Part shown: one piece after another, positions 9,172 through 18,928 of the stretch
How positions within the stretch are numbered: position 1 is the stretch's first letter
Layout: each line of letters begins with the position of its first letter
Source: a bacterium
GTDB taxonomy: Bacteria > Bdellovibrionota_C > UBA2361 > RFPC01
Length of the DNA stretch: 64,000 nucleotides
NCBI GenBank assembly: GCA_030431715.1
Contig: JAUIIO010000004.1
Location: 977-64,976 of the forward strand
Reading direction: 5' to 3'
Translations under genes and position numbers: made by a program
The notes under the pieces: model-generated
The model's input: only the letters and a program-made list of their open reading frames with translations
Databases searched by the model: none
Told to the model about the DNA's origin: nothing

Positions 9172-10755
9172 ATGATAAATAGTGACACGTATCTAAGGGA
9201 AGCTGATGACGAGGAGCTACGTGCTGAGCTCAAGGAAGGTCCGCATTCGATATTCAGGATCTGTCACACTGTGGCTATTCTCACTATTGCAGTAGTGTAT
9301 CTTCATTTTGCTGCTGCTGACTCATACTATGTACATATTGGAGTGGGGGGCTTCTTACTCTTTCAGCTCTGGTATTTACTGCGTGTACGATCCGAGATGC
9401 TCAGGCTTTTAGCCGCACGAGTAGAAAAAGAGCGTATTCTCACTTACGTACAAGACAAGAAAAAGCAACTGGAACAAACGAACCTTCGTCTGCGTGAGGC
9501 GCAAGTCGTTGCGGATTCAGCGAATAAAGCTAAGAGCAGATTTTTGGCAAAAGTTTCTCATGAGCTTCGTACTCCGCTAAATGCAATTATTGGAATGAAT
9601 GACATTGCTATGGAGATCTCGACAGAAGAAGAGGTCGCTGAATGTCTTAATGAAGTAAAATCTTCAGCCTCCGGTTTTCTCGACCTTATCAATGACGTTC
9701 TGGATATATCAAAGATAGAGTCGGGTACAATTGAAGTCCAGGAGAGGGGGTTTTCACACTCTACGCTTATTCAGCATGTCATATCTCTGACAAAGGCGAT
9801 CTCTCACAGAAAGAAGATCGATTTTCATGCTGAGATCGATGATGATATTCCAGAGTATCTTGTTGGAGATGTCGTTAAAATTCGTCAGGTGCTTGTAAAT
9901 CTGCTGGGGAATGCGGTGAAGTACTCACCAATAAATCGCTCTGTTCACCTTCGCATGAGTAGAGTAGAGCCGGATCCGCGCACTGGATGCATTCGCATTC
10001 GGTACTCGATACGTGATCACGGTGTTGGGATGAATAAGCACCTTAAGGCTCATATCGCTAACGCGCTATTGCAAGATTCTGCTTCACATCCTTTAGGAAC
10101 ACATGGCGGGGGATTAGGTCTATCGCTATCGGCCTTTCTTGTATCACTTATGGGAGGTGAATTCTCATTTACTAGTGAAGAAGGACGGGGAAGTGAATTT
10201 GTATTCATCCTTCCATTTACAGAGGCGCTCCAGGCAGAGATTGAAGATGTTTCTGAGACTACTAATAGTGTCTTCGGTCCTCGATCATCAACGGAACCCA
10301 TTACAGAGCAGCAAACAAGAGTCCTCGTAGTAGAAGATAATCTCATTAACAAAAAAGTTATTTCTCACTTCCTGCAGAAGAATGGTTTTGAGCAGCTTCG
10401 ATTTGCTGAGAATGGTGAAGAGGCGCTCTCGCTCTTTAAGGCAGAATCTTTTGATATTATTCTCATGGACTGTCAAATGCCGGTAATGGATGGCTACACC
10501 GCGACAAGAGCAATTCGCTTGATGGAGCAGACACAAGGAGTTGCTATGCCAGTACCGATTGTAGCTGTGACAGCACAAGCCATGGTTGGTGATCGCGAAC
10601 GATGTCTCCAATCAGGAATGAACGATGTTGTTACAAAGCCCATAGATAGAGGACTTCTGCTAGCAACTATTCGAAAGCACCTCTCCAGAGGAGAAAGAGA
10701 AGACGAACATTTCAGCAGTGGACTTGAAGAATCCTTGAGTTCATCAAGTCTCTAG
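9172..10755 (+). CDS. Membrane hybrid sensor histidine kinase/response regulator
   Basis: Two TM segments, H-box SHELRTPLNAIIG, N-box NLLGNAVKY, DHGVGM, receiver VEDN...MDCQMPVMDG...KP. Confidence 0.95.
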   Translation: MINSDTYLREADDEELRAELKEGPHSIFRICHTVAILTIAVVYLHFAAADSYYVHIGVGGFLLFQLWYLLRVRSEMLRLLAARVEKERILTYVQDKKKQLEQTNLRLREAQVVADSANKAKSRFLAKVSHELRTPLNAIIGMNDIAMEISTEEEVAECLNEVKSSASGFLDLINDVLDISKIESGTIEVQERGFSHSTLIQHVISLTKAISHRKKIDFHAEIDDDIPEYLVGDVVKIRQVLVNLLGNAVKYSPINRSVHLRMSRVEPDPRTGCIRIRYSIRDHGVGMNKHLKAHIANALLQDSASHPLGTHGGGLGLSLSAFLVSLMGGEFSFTSEEGRGSEFVFILPFTEALQAEIEDVSETTNSVFGPRSSTEPITEQQTRVLVVEDNLINKKVISHFLQKNGFEQLRFAENGEEALSLFKAESFDIILMDCQMPVMDGYTATRAIRLMEQTQGVAMPVPIVAVTAQAMVGDRERCLQSGMNDVVTKPIDRGLLLATIRKHLSRGEREDEHFSSGLEESLSSSSL

Positions 10756-10768
10756 GTAATCTTCATTT

Positions 10769-11620
10769 TTACGACTTACAGTGTGCCGTAAATATACGCT
10801 TGGCCTCAGGCATCCATTCACGAAATTGACTAATCCGGGTAGATGGCGCCGGGTGTGTGCTCATAAACTCAGGGGGAGTACTACGATTTGCTTCAGCCAT
10901 TCGCTCCCAGAGTAGCGGTGCCTCTTCAGGATTAAAGCAAGCTTTGGCGAGATAGATGAGTCCGATGTAATCGGCCTCTGATTCGTGTTTGCGAGAGTAG
11001 GGGAGAAGAATGCCAAACCGGCTTCCAATACCAAGCGCTCCGAGTACGATACGTTGCGTATTTACCTCCATGTCTCCAATAGATGCCCCAACAGCAAGAG
11101 TCCCAACTTGAGTAAGACGTTGATGAGCCATACGCTCTGCGCCGTGCCTTGCTACCGCGTGGGCTATTTCATGGCCGAGCACAGTAGCAAGACCATCTTC
11201 GTTCTGAGTAATAGGGAGAATGCCGGTGTAAACGGCTACTTTGCCGCCAGGAAGAGCAAAGGCATTTGCCTGTTCTGATCTGATGAGATTAAATTCCCAC
11301 TGCATATCTTTCGCGTCAACAACAGCTGCCACGCGTTTGGCTACATTGCGTAGCATCTTTACCTCTGGCCCGGACCCGATAACATCTTCTTGGGAAAGAA
11401 TCTCTCGGTATGAGCTTAAGCCTAGGGCGATCTCTTGTTGTCGCGAGATGTCAATGAGCTGTGTGCGACCAGTAACCGGTACCGTTTCTTGGTGGGAGGC
11501 AAAGTAATATATCAGGTAGGCTCCAAAGAGGAGTAGTGGCCAGATACGTAATTTCCCCTTTCGATTTCGGGTAACTTTACGTCCAAGATCTCTCATCGGT
11601 ATTCTGCGCATCTGATACAT
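10769..11620 (-). CDS. M48 family zinc metallopeptidase (Oma1/LoiP-like)
   Basis: NAFALPGGK, HEIAH, SRKHESEADYIG, STHP. Confidence 0.93.
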   Translation of the reverse strand: MYQMRRIPMRDLGRKVTRNRKGKLRIWPLLLFGAYLIYYFASHQETVPVTGRTQLIDISRQQEIALGLSSYREILSQEDVIGSGPEVKMLRNVAKRVAAVVDAKDMQWEFNLIRSEQANAFALPGGKVAVYTGILPITQNEDGLATVLGHEIAHAVARHGAERMAHQRLTQVGTLAVGASIGDMEVNTQRIVLGALGIGSRFGILLPYSRKHESEADYIGLIYLAKACFNPEEAPLLWERMAEANRSTPPEFMSTHPAPSTRISQFREWMPEAKRIFTAHCKS

Positions 11621-11666
11621 GGCAGATATTATACCAATGGTTCGCGGCTAAAGTACACTTGTATCA

Positions 11667-12059
11667 CTACTTTCTTATGATTTCTAATAGCAGGTGTCTT
11701 TTACCTTTGCCGTTCTTCTTAAGGTAGGAATTCTGGACGAACTCCTGATGAGGTTTGTCGTTTATCCAGACCATGGGTATCTCAGGAGCCACTTTTACTT
11801 TACTTCCTTCATCGGGAACAATCACAATAGTGCCGGGTATATTACCAACTATAATTTGTAAGCTGTCTCCTTTTGCCGTGTATTCAAAGGGCGAACTTTC
11901 ACTCGCTCCAACAACTTTAAAAGGAGTCTTCCCCAGCATATAGGTACTTCCTATTTCGGGAAGCTCTGATTCGGTGCTTACTTCAGCTCTGATCTCAGAG
12001 TGAAAAGAGAGAAAGCATATGAGAGTTATGTTGCAAAGAATGATCAAGCGCTGAATCAT
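11667..12059 (-). CDS. Hypothetical exported protein
   Basis: Signal-peptide-like N-terminus; beta-rich mature part. Confidence 0.65.
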   Translation of the reverse strand: MIQRLIILCNITLICFLSFHSEIRAEVSTESELPEIGSTYMLGKTPFKVVGASESSPFEYTAKGDSLQIIVGNIPGTIVIVPDEGSKVKVAPEIPMVWINDKPHQEFVQNSYLKKNGKGKRHLLLEIIRK

Positions 12060-12101
12060 AAGAGATGTCTCACAAAGAAAAAAGAGCGGTTATAAAATTG
12101 A

Positions 12102-12144
12102 AGCTCTGACTTTAAGATAGCGGCTCGCTGTTAAAGCCAGAGCT
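12102..12144. terminator. Intergenic hairpin, possible terminator or processing stem
   Basis: agctctgactttaa...ttaaagccagagct inverted repeat just downstream of the 12152 gene; the U-tract is weak. Confidence 0.4.
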
Positions 12145-12151
12145 AAAAAAT

Positions 12152-12691
12152 TTAAGAAACGTTAACGGTAAAGTTACCCTTTATAGTGGTTGTGCCATCT
12201 GTAAGGTCGACGCTTCCAGTTATCTTATCTTGAGATACTGAGGCGATGGTGATTTTGCCTTCCTTCATGTCGGCCATGTTAAGACCTTTTGAGTCCTGTT
12301 TGCCGCCTTTTCCAGCGTAGAAGGTGCCACTATTTGCCGTATGAAAGACAGAACCGGTGTTTCCGACCCGAGCTGGATATTCTCCTGGCTTAAGCGTTGT
12401 TTCCTTCCCGCTTCCCTTCTCGCCAATGAGTGAGATCTCAACTCTTTTACGTCCTTCTTCTCTTGCAGATTTATACACCTTCATCTTGTTTAGTGGGGTA
12501 GGGAGCTCATAGTTGGCAATAATAAAGGTATACATCGCAGCATCACTGGTGGTGCTGACAATAACACCACTTGATTTTGCTTCAATGCTGTCGGAACTAT
12601 CATCTGAGCTAACAGTTATTCCTGAACCGCCTGAGCATGCAGAAATGAAAAAGAACAAGATGCAGAGTAAAGAAATGCGTAAAACGTTCAT
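12152..12691 (-). CDS. Hypothetical lipoprotein
   Basis: Likely start 12691 (MNVLRISLLCILFFFISAC); lipobox ISAC, Ser/Gly linker, beta-rich domain. Confidence 0.75.
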   Translation of the reverse strand: MNVLRISLLCILFFFISACSGGSGITVSSDDSSDSIEAKSSGVIVSTTSDAAMYTFIIANYELPTPLNKMKVYKSAREEGRKRVEISLIGEKGSGKETTLKPGEYPARVGNTGSVFHTANSGTFYAGKGGKQDSKGLNMADMKEGKITIASVSQDKITGSVDLTDGTTTIKGNFTVNVS

Positions 12692-13037
12692 AAGGTCTCC
12701 ATGAAAAAGGGAATAAGTAAAATATGACAACGAGAGATGGTGCCATATGGCCATAAGGATATCAATTTAAATCCCGTGTTTTACTTTTTCGTACTTGGTA
12801 GGAGGTCTATGGCATGTAAGAACTGTACGATTTTACTAATGAAGACCAGTGCCTATCTGCCGGACAGCCTCGTAAAAAGCTCAAGAAAATGCTGACCTTA
12901 TGTTCCATTAGTTTGAGTAGCTGCATAACATATTCTAAGATATCTACTTGTCATTTTGTGTTTTGCTTACAATGCTGAGCTAGCAAAGAATGAGGTGTTT
13001 GTCTTTGATAAAGTGTATAATATTAGTGAGTTAAGCA

Positions 13038-15134
13038 TTGAGAGATCCTCAGAATACACATAATCAGGATTTGAAGGGTAGGGGCTCTGGTGAAGATTCT
13101 GGGCTAGTTAGCGCTACTCCTGTTGCTCGAGATACCCCACTAAGTGATCATCGTGAGCAAAAAGCAGAAGAAGTTGTAGCTGTTCGTGAGGCAGTTGAGC
13201 ATTCACGTGAGAGCCGCACACTTACCTCGGAAGCCTCTTACCCTTATGTGACGCTCCAGAAGCAGATAACTCAAACTTTAGGTGCTCAGCCAAGTACACT
13301 TGCGATCGATATTATTTCAAGAGACCGTTTTGATGCCGATCTCAGTATTCGCTCGCCAGAACTTTTAAGTGCTCAGGGAAAGGGGACCTTCATAAAAGAA
13401 ACACTTCCGCGCTGGAAGCAGCAGCTAGAAAGTTCTGATCTGAAGACACAGGGAGTGATAGAGCGTGTTGATACGAAAGGTATCTTTCTTAATGTTCGTC
13501 TGAGCGACGAACAACTTTTTCGTTGTCTGTCATCTGTTCAGAGCTTAAAAGATCAATACGGAGAAGGCGTAGCTCTGGCCGGAAATCGCATAGTGGTTGA
13601 TTATTCTAGTCCGAATGCTGCTAAAAACCTGCATGCCGGGCATATTCGCTCAACGATTATTGGTGAGGCGTTATCAAATATCTATGACGCTTGCGGCGCA
13701 ACAGTATTCCGAGTGAATCATTTAAACGATTGGGGAGGATTTGGCTTTCTCATCGAAGCACAAGAGCGGACGGGCATCTCACTTGATTCGAACGCAGCCC
13801 TCGCATCGCTCTATGCCTTAAGACGTACAGCTGAACGCGCATCTTCGTCTGAGGACTTTTTTCAGGAGCTAACTGATAATGAGAAGGAGCTCCTAGTAAA
13901 GTGTCTTGGTGAGTTCTCAAATCTTGGTGAGCTTCAAGAGCAGTGGTATGCTTTTGGTGAAAAATCTAAGGAACGCTTTATCGCACTTGAGCAGGGAAAT
14001 GCTCACGAGGTAGCTGTCTGGAAGCAGATGGTAGACCTGAGTCTTGCTGATTTTGAAAAGTTTTATTCGTTACTTGGCACCTCTCATGACATTACACTTG
14101 GTGAGAGTTATTACGCCGGAAAAGCTAGCGAGCTGCTAGAAGAATCACTTGCCCGTGGCTCAGCCTTTCACTTCTCTTCAGCTGAAGCTCAGGCCGTAAT
14201 GGCAACGAGGATAGAGCAAGACGAGAAGGCTGCTGAATATGAGCGCAGAGAACTTGAATCTGACATTGGTGCAATAGTAGTTCCACTTGAAAATGATAAA
14301 AGACTTGTTCTACAGCGAAGCGATGGGACTACCATATATGCTTCACGTGATCTTGCCGCTATCAAGTCGCGAGGTAAGGAATTTGAATGTGACGAGATCG
14401 TATATGTCGTAGGACAGGAGCAGTCAGCATATTTTCGAGATCTCTTTGATGCTGCAAACAGCCTAGTTCCGGAAGACTCTAGACCTTCGAAGCTTACCCA
14501 CGTGCCCTTTGGATTCTATGTTAATCCGCAGAAACAAAAACTTTCGAGTAGAGATGGAGCCTCTAATGTCATGCGCTTACTCAATTCTTCGATTGCGCAT
14601 TTTGAGAAAACGCTTAGAGAGCGTGGAACACTCCCGGAGGATAAAGTTCAGCAAACTGCCAGTGAGCTAGCCACTGGCTCGATAACCTTTAACGATCTCA
14701 GACGTGATCGCGTTACCCCAGTGCCTCTAAAAGACGATCTCGCTGAGCAGATGACAGAATTTGAGCGCTCCGGTGGAGCATACGTCATGTATACCGCTTG
14801 TCGAGCGAATTCGATTTTAGGACGCCATGAGGGAACAGTGCCGAGTATTGAGGATATTGACTCTCCGCAGTTAAATGAGCAGGAGATAGGCCTAATTAAG
14901 GAATTAGTCCGATATCCAGAGGTTGTTACTCGAGCAGCGACAGAACATAGTCCAACGATTGTTGTAAATTACACCCTTGAGCTTGCGCGTCAGTATAATA
15001 GTTACTACTCAGAATGCCCGGTATTTCGAAATGGTGTACCTGATATACCCAGACTTGCTCTCACACAGGCAGTAAACCAAGGTTTAAGAAATGCCTTGCG
15101 TTTACTAAACATCAATTGTCCTGAACGTATTTAA
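13038..15134 (+). CDS. argS: Arginine--tRNA ligase
   Basis: VVDYSSPNAAKNLHAGHIRSTIIG, NHLNDWG, GESYY, RSDGTTIYASRDLA, YVVGQEQ, KLSSR, C-terminal PERI. Confidence 0.93.
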   Translation: MRDPQNTHNQDLKGRGSGEDSGLVSATPVARDTPLSDHREQKAEEVVAVREAVEHSRESRTLTSEASYPYVTLQKQITQTLGAQPSTLAIDIISRDRFDADLSIRSPELLSAQGKGTFIKETLPRWKQQLESSDLKTQGVIERVDTKGIFLNVRLSDEQLFRCLSSVQSLKDQYGEGVALAGNRIVVDYSSPNAAKNLHAGHIRSTIIGEALSNIYDACGATVFRVNHLNDWGGFGFLIEAQERTGISLDSNAALASLYALRRTAERASSSEDFFQELTDNEKELLVKCLGEFSNLGELQEQWYAFGEKSKERFIALEQGNAHEVAVWKQMVDLSLADFEKFYSLLGTSHDITLGESYYAGKASELLEESLARGSAFHFSSAEAQAVMATRIEQDEKAAEYERRELESDIGAIVVPLENDKRLVLQRSDGTTIYASRDLAAIKSRGKEFECDEIVYVVGQEQSAYFRDLFDAANSLVPEDSRPSKLTHVPFGFYVNPQKQKLSSRDGASNVMRLLNSSIAHFEKTLRERGTLPEDKVQQTASELATGSITFNDLRRDRVTPVPLKDDLAEQMTEFERSGGAYVMYTACRANSILGRHEGTVPSIEDIDSPQLNEQEIGLIKELVRYPEVVTRAATEHSPTIVVNYTLELARQYNSYYSECPVFRNGVPDIPRLALTQAVNQGLRNALRLLNINCPERI

Positions 15135-15255
15135 GTCGTAGGTCTGACGGGCTATATACTACAATAGAATCAGAGACTCTTACTGCAGCTGAATACGAAG
15201 CCGATGCCAGAGAATGGCTGCTCAATTATTGCTAAATTCGATGGGCCACCCCTAC

Positions 15256-15287
15256 TTTTGACCGATAAGGTTACTTATCGGTCAAAA
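15256..15287. other. Perfect palindrome with dif/Xer-like 11-6-11 geometry
   Basis: ttTTGACCGATAA GGTTAC TTATCGGTCAAaa. Confidence 0.5.
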
Positions 15288-15368
15288 ACATAAGGCCTCC
15301 CCTGAGCTCTTTGTGGCCTATCCTCTTGAAACCCGTGAAATAAGTAAGTGGCCTAATAATGCCACTAA

Positions 15369-15845
15369 TTAAAATTTGTACGCCTCCACAAGACGAAGCG
15401 CCTCTTCGTCGCAGTACGATTCTTCACTCAGTGAGCTTTTGCCGGTTAATCTCGGGTTCTCTCGGTTACTGTTGTATTCAATATGTTTCAACTCATGAAA
15501 GAGTATAAAGAGTGCATATCTCTTAGACGAAGATTCGGGCCACGTAATTGAAGCTGATTCCAAGTCAACTTTGCCACCCAATTCAATCACATATTTAAGG
15601 TAACTGTTTGAATCGGACAACATACGCGACTTATTAGAATCTAAACAGAAGTTTATTCTGATTTCGTAGCCAGATCCTCTTGTGACCAGTCTGCCCTCTT
15701 GAGTTGTTGCTTGATTACATCCAAAACGAATAGCTCGAATATTCGAAGTTAAATCTTTACTCAATACATTCAACGCTGCGCGCACTTCTGCGGTTGTGAG
15801 GGGATAGCTGTAATTAGAGGAAACTTGATCAAATGTAATTTTCAT
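15369..15845 (-). CDS. Small HExxH zinc metallopeptidase-like protein
   Basis: ILFHELKHIEY plus downstream EESYCDEEA (third-ligand Glu pattern). Confidence 0.7.
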   Translation of the reverse strand: MKITFDQVSSNYSYPLTTAEVRAALNVLSKDLTSNIRAIRFGCNQATTQEGRLVTRGSGYEIRINFCLDSNKSRMLSDSNSYLKYVIELGGKVDLESASITWPESSSKRYALFILFHELKHIEYNSNRENPRLTGKSSLSEESYCDEEALRLVEAYKF

Positions 15846-15862
15846 CGTTCAACTTAAGAGAC

Positions 15863-16234
15863 TTAATCAGGGGAAAACCTAGATGAAACAACTGCCCCAC
15901 CTGTCACTTCGATAAAGCAGATATCAGCTGAGTACTTTTCACTTAATCTAAATGCATAGCTGGTAATATCACCGCTCATTTCATTTGTTACCATCTCAAA
16001 ATCTTGCATAACCTTTAGCATGACGTGTTCTGACGTGTTCTTGTCAATTGATTCGCAAGTTTGAGAGAAGTTCCTTAGTCGAGAATCTGAGCATCCGACT
16101 ACGGGTAGGAGAATAAGGATAATTAAACAACGTAGGTAAAATGATGGCCTAGCTCTCTTTCCAAATGCATCAATAATAATCTTAATGAAATCTGGTTGAG
16201 TAACCATAATCGAGTCTTCTACTGTCTCTCTCAT
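15863..16234 (-). CDS. Small putative lipoprotein
   Basis: Hydrophobic stretch ending in lipobox VVGC; start uncertain. Confidence 0.55.
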   Translation of the reverse strand: MRETVEDSIMVTQPDFIKIIIDAFGKRARPSFYLRCLIILILLPVVGCSDSRLRNFSQTCESIDKNTSEHVMLKVMQDFEMVTNEMSGDITSYAFRLSEKYSADICFIEVTGGAVVSSRFSPD

Positions 16235-16656
16235 TCAAGGTGAGTGGCACTATGTACGGGGGCATAGAACTCCCCTTCTTCTACCTTCTCATCAAGAAGC
16301 ATGCTCCAGTATGCTGAATATGAGTGAAGCGATTTTTGCTCAACAAAGTGGAGAATCACAGTGTGCTGAGGGTAAAATATACTGCCAACACCTTTTTTCG
16401 AAATCTTACACTCATACTTCTCCGTAGTTTTTTGAGTGTAGCAATCAGCTTGCTGAAGCGCTAGCTGAAACAGCGCTTCTTCTACGTTCATGCCTTTTCT
16501 TAGCTTATTTTCAATGTACCTAGGCGTGAGGAGTTGATTCTCTCCCCAGTAAAAAAGCACAACTAAGCACAGTAAAAATAGAGAAGGTAATAGTAGTGCT
16601 AATATAGTAAATGTCTTCACCCTATGCTCGCCATCGAGGAAACTTCTCCAAAACAC
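16231..16656 (-). CDS. Small membrane-anchored hypothetical protein
   Basis: One TM helix, then LRKGMNVEEAL (SmpA/BamE-like start); abuts or overlaps both neighbours. Confidence 0.6.
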   Translation of the reverse strand: MFWRSFLDGEHRVKTFTILALLLPSLFLLCLVVLFYWGENQLLTPRYIENKLRKGMNVEEALFQLALQQADCYTQKTTEKYECKISKKGVGSIFYPQHTVILHFVEQKSLHSYSAYWSMLLDEKVEEGEFYAPVHSATHLE

Positions 16657-17007
16657 TTATGCTTTTATGTACACTCTCTTGCTAGTCAATTGTATGGTTG
16701 TGAATACATCATCTGAGCCTGTTCCTGTAATTTCCAAAGTAGCCTCTCCGTCCTCATTGAAGTTTAAAGGCAGTAGATCGGAATATTCTTTTGTGGATAT
16801 AACGATGCTGCCACTGTAAATGTCAAAGGGGACATTGATCCTTTTATTGATTGAATTGTCCCCTTGAAGTACAAGACTACACGAACCGTAGTCCCCTTCG
16901 TCGTCTTCTTCCTCATGCAACAGCGCAGGCTCCAGAAACAGAATGATATTATCACTTGTGATTGATATGCTAGAGATCGTTGAATCATGAAATTCTAAGT
17001 ACTTCAT
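16657..17007 (-). CDS. Small acidic hypothetical protein (immunity-protein-like)
   Basis: N-terminal EFHDSTI motif, all-beta pattern, very acidic; SD-like aggaa upstream. Confidence 0.65.
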   Translation of the reverse strand: MKYLEFHDSTISSISITSDNIILFLEPALLHEEEDDEGDYGSCSLVLQGDNSINKRINVPFDIYSGSIVISTKEYSDLLPLNFNEDGEATLEITGTGSDDVFTTIQLTSKRVYIKA

Positions 17008-17128
17008 ATTGTATTCCTACGGAACAGGTAAAGGTACAATCTTAGCTGGAAGATAATTATATTTAGTATCCGTGTTAATATCTAGAAGTTTCTCGCCCTT
17101 CTAATTGGAAGCACACTAAGAGCTAACG

Positions 17129-17764
17129 TTAATCAGATACAGCGATCTTAAGCCCAAGCGCTATTAAGATGGCGCCGGTTATTCGTTCAAACCAGTGTCC
17201 AAATCGCAAGAATGCTGCGCGTACCCTTTCGTGGGTAAAGAAAATGGCCACGAACATAAACCAGATTACTGCATTGGCTACCATCCAGAAGCCATAGAAG
17301 GCTTGGAGTGCTATCGGTGTATCGGGGCTGATGACGACTGAAAATACTGAGAGGAAAAATAGCGTGGCCTTCGGATTAAGAAGGTTTGTGATAAATCCGA
17401 TCTTAAAATCTGAAGAGCCACTCGTAGACTTCTCTTGAGCTGTGGTGTTCTCCTGTAAGGAGTTTTGCTCTGATGGCTTTGAGCGGAGTGACTTAATACC
17501 TAGCACAATTAAGTAGGCAGCACCGAGGAACTTAATCAGGTTAAAGAGAACTATCGACTTTGAGACGATATAGCCGAGGCCTAACAAACAATACAATAGA
17601 TGCACAACAATGGCTGCGCCTATGCCAAGGCTTGTAATAAAAGCCGCCCTTCTGCCACGTACGATACTTTGACGTACAATGATCGCAAAGTCGGGGCCGG
17701 GACTGATCAGGGCAAAGATATTGATAGCAACTAGGGAGAGAAATTCGTGGTAGTAGTTTTCCAT
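17129..17764 (-). CDS. LysE/RhtB family amino acid exporter
   Basis: SPGPDF, GAAYL, GFITNLLNPKA, six TM segments. Confidence 0.93.
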   Translation of the reverse strand: MENYYHEFLSLVAINIFALISPGPDFAIIVRQSIVRGRRAAFITSLGIGAAIVVHLLYCLLGLGYIVSKSIVLFNLIKFLGAAYLIVLGIKSLRSKPSEQNSLQENTTAQEKSTSGSSDFKIGFITNLLNPKATLFFLSVFSVVISPDTPIALQAFYGFWMVANAVIWFMFVAIFFTHERVRAAFLRFGHWFERITGAILIALGLKIAVSD

Positions 17765-17788
17765 CTGTATTTTATAACCTAAATATCC

Positions 17789-18868
17789 TCAGGGTAAAAG
17801 GAACTCGCCTGAACAAATGCATGCGGCTAGAGAGCGATTTTTTCCAAGACGATTAAAGCGTTTATCTTCGGTGTCTGGGCCTAGCTCGCGCTTAATGCGT
17901 TCAATGACCTTTTCCCTACTCTGCCATCCTGGCTTATTCGGTTGGATAGAGAGGAGCCTAAGGGGTTGTTCTGCATGTTGAAATGCTATGACAAGGCAAG
18001 ATTCTGTGCGAGCGATGAGTCTTTTTCTGTTCTGTTCGTCACGAAAAAGGACACCGTACTCAGGCGAGGCACTCTTTTGAGGGCGTACGATGTGCCTGAC
18101 GGCGTTTGTGAAATCAATAAAGCCCTGAATTCCAAATTTATCTAAATTATCGTTTTGGTAGCGTTTATTCTTTCCACTATAAGCGCGGTATTCAAAGTAA
18201 TGTACGACTCCTGCGTGATACCCTCTGCCACCGTTTCTATCGCCAACGGCGTTTCGACTTCTTCCCCACATCTCCAGTGCTCTTAGAAAATCAGGATGCT
18301 CTTTCATCTCTTCAAATTCTCGGGTGAGTCTTTCATAAGTCTCATTAACGTGCTGAATACGTGTAGCTCTTACTTGAAGAGATGAGCTTCGTTTTTGTGA
18401 GTAGTGGGCGTTATCTTTAGCCACCGCTTCTCTAAGTTTTAAGAGTTGCGCCCGATCGCTGGTATCGTATGTCAGTGACTTATAGGATACTACGTTTCTT
18501 AATCTGGCTGCTGCTTTAACCTCTTTTTTGTGTAGAGATGCACCTGCGGCAAGCCTCTCTTCCCTCTCGGCTCGGATCTTAATCTTGAAAATCAGAGCTT
18601 CATCTATTGCGTCTTCTACGCGGTGAACTTCAGCAGTTTCGCGGTGTGATTGTGTGTTAAGAAACCTATCACGAAACTCGTGACTATCAAGAAGAGCAGA
18701 GAGCTCCTCTACTCCCCTTTTCGCACATTTTAGTCCTTCAGCAGTAAACTCCGATTGAGTATGCTCGGGACAGGACAGTTGCTGGCACCAGCTATCGATA
18801 GGAGTATTTTCCATCTGCTCACGTATCTGAGCGTGTGTGAGAGAGCTCTCAAATGGTCCAGTCTGCAT
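17789..18868 (-). CDS. Hypothetical protein (coiled N-half, alpha/beta C-half)
   Basis: 359-aa ORF; no firm family. Confidence 0.75.
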   Translation of the reverse strand: MQTGPFESSLTHAQIREQMENTPIDSWCQQLSCPEHTQSEFTAEGLKCAKRGVEELSALLDSHEFRDRFLNTQSHRETAEVHRVEDAIDEALIFKIKIRAEREERLAAGASLHKKEVKAAARLRNVVSYKSLTYDTSDRAQLLKLREAVAKDNAHYSQKRSSSLQVRATRIQHVNETYERLTREFEEMKEHPDFLRALEMWGRSRNAVGDRNGGRGYHAGVVHYFEYRAYSGKNKRYQNDNLDKFGIQGFIDFTNAVRHIVRPQKSASPEYGVLFRDEQNRKRLIARTESCLVIAFQHAEQPLRLLSIQPNKPGWQSREKVIERIKRELGPDTEDKRFNRLGKNRSLAACICSGEFLLP

Positions 18869-18928
18869 ACGTGTGTCATTGTACCAGATGTACTTAGTTA
18901 ATCATCTGTGTAGGCCGCATGGGGACGT

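Noticed and set aside
15256-15287. Bidirectional intrinsic terminator
   Set aside because: A-tracts rather than U-tracts follow the stem on both strands; kept as a dif-like palindrome instead.
15369-17007. Integron cassette array
   Set aside because: Genes abut or overlap with no room for attC sites, and there is no integron integrase.
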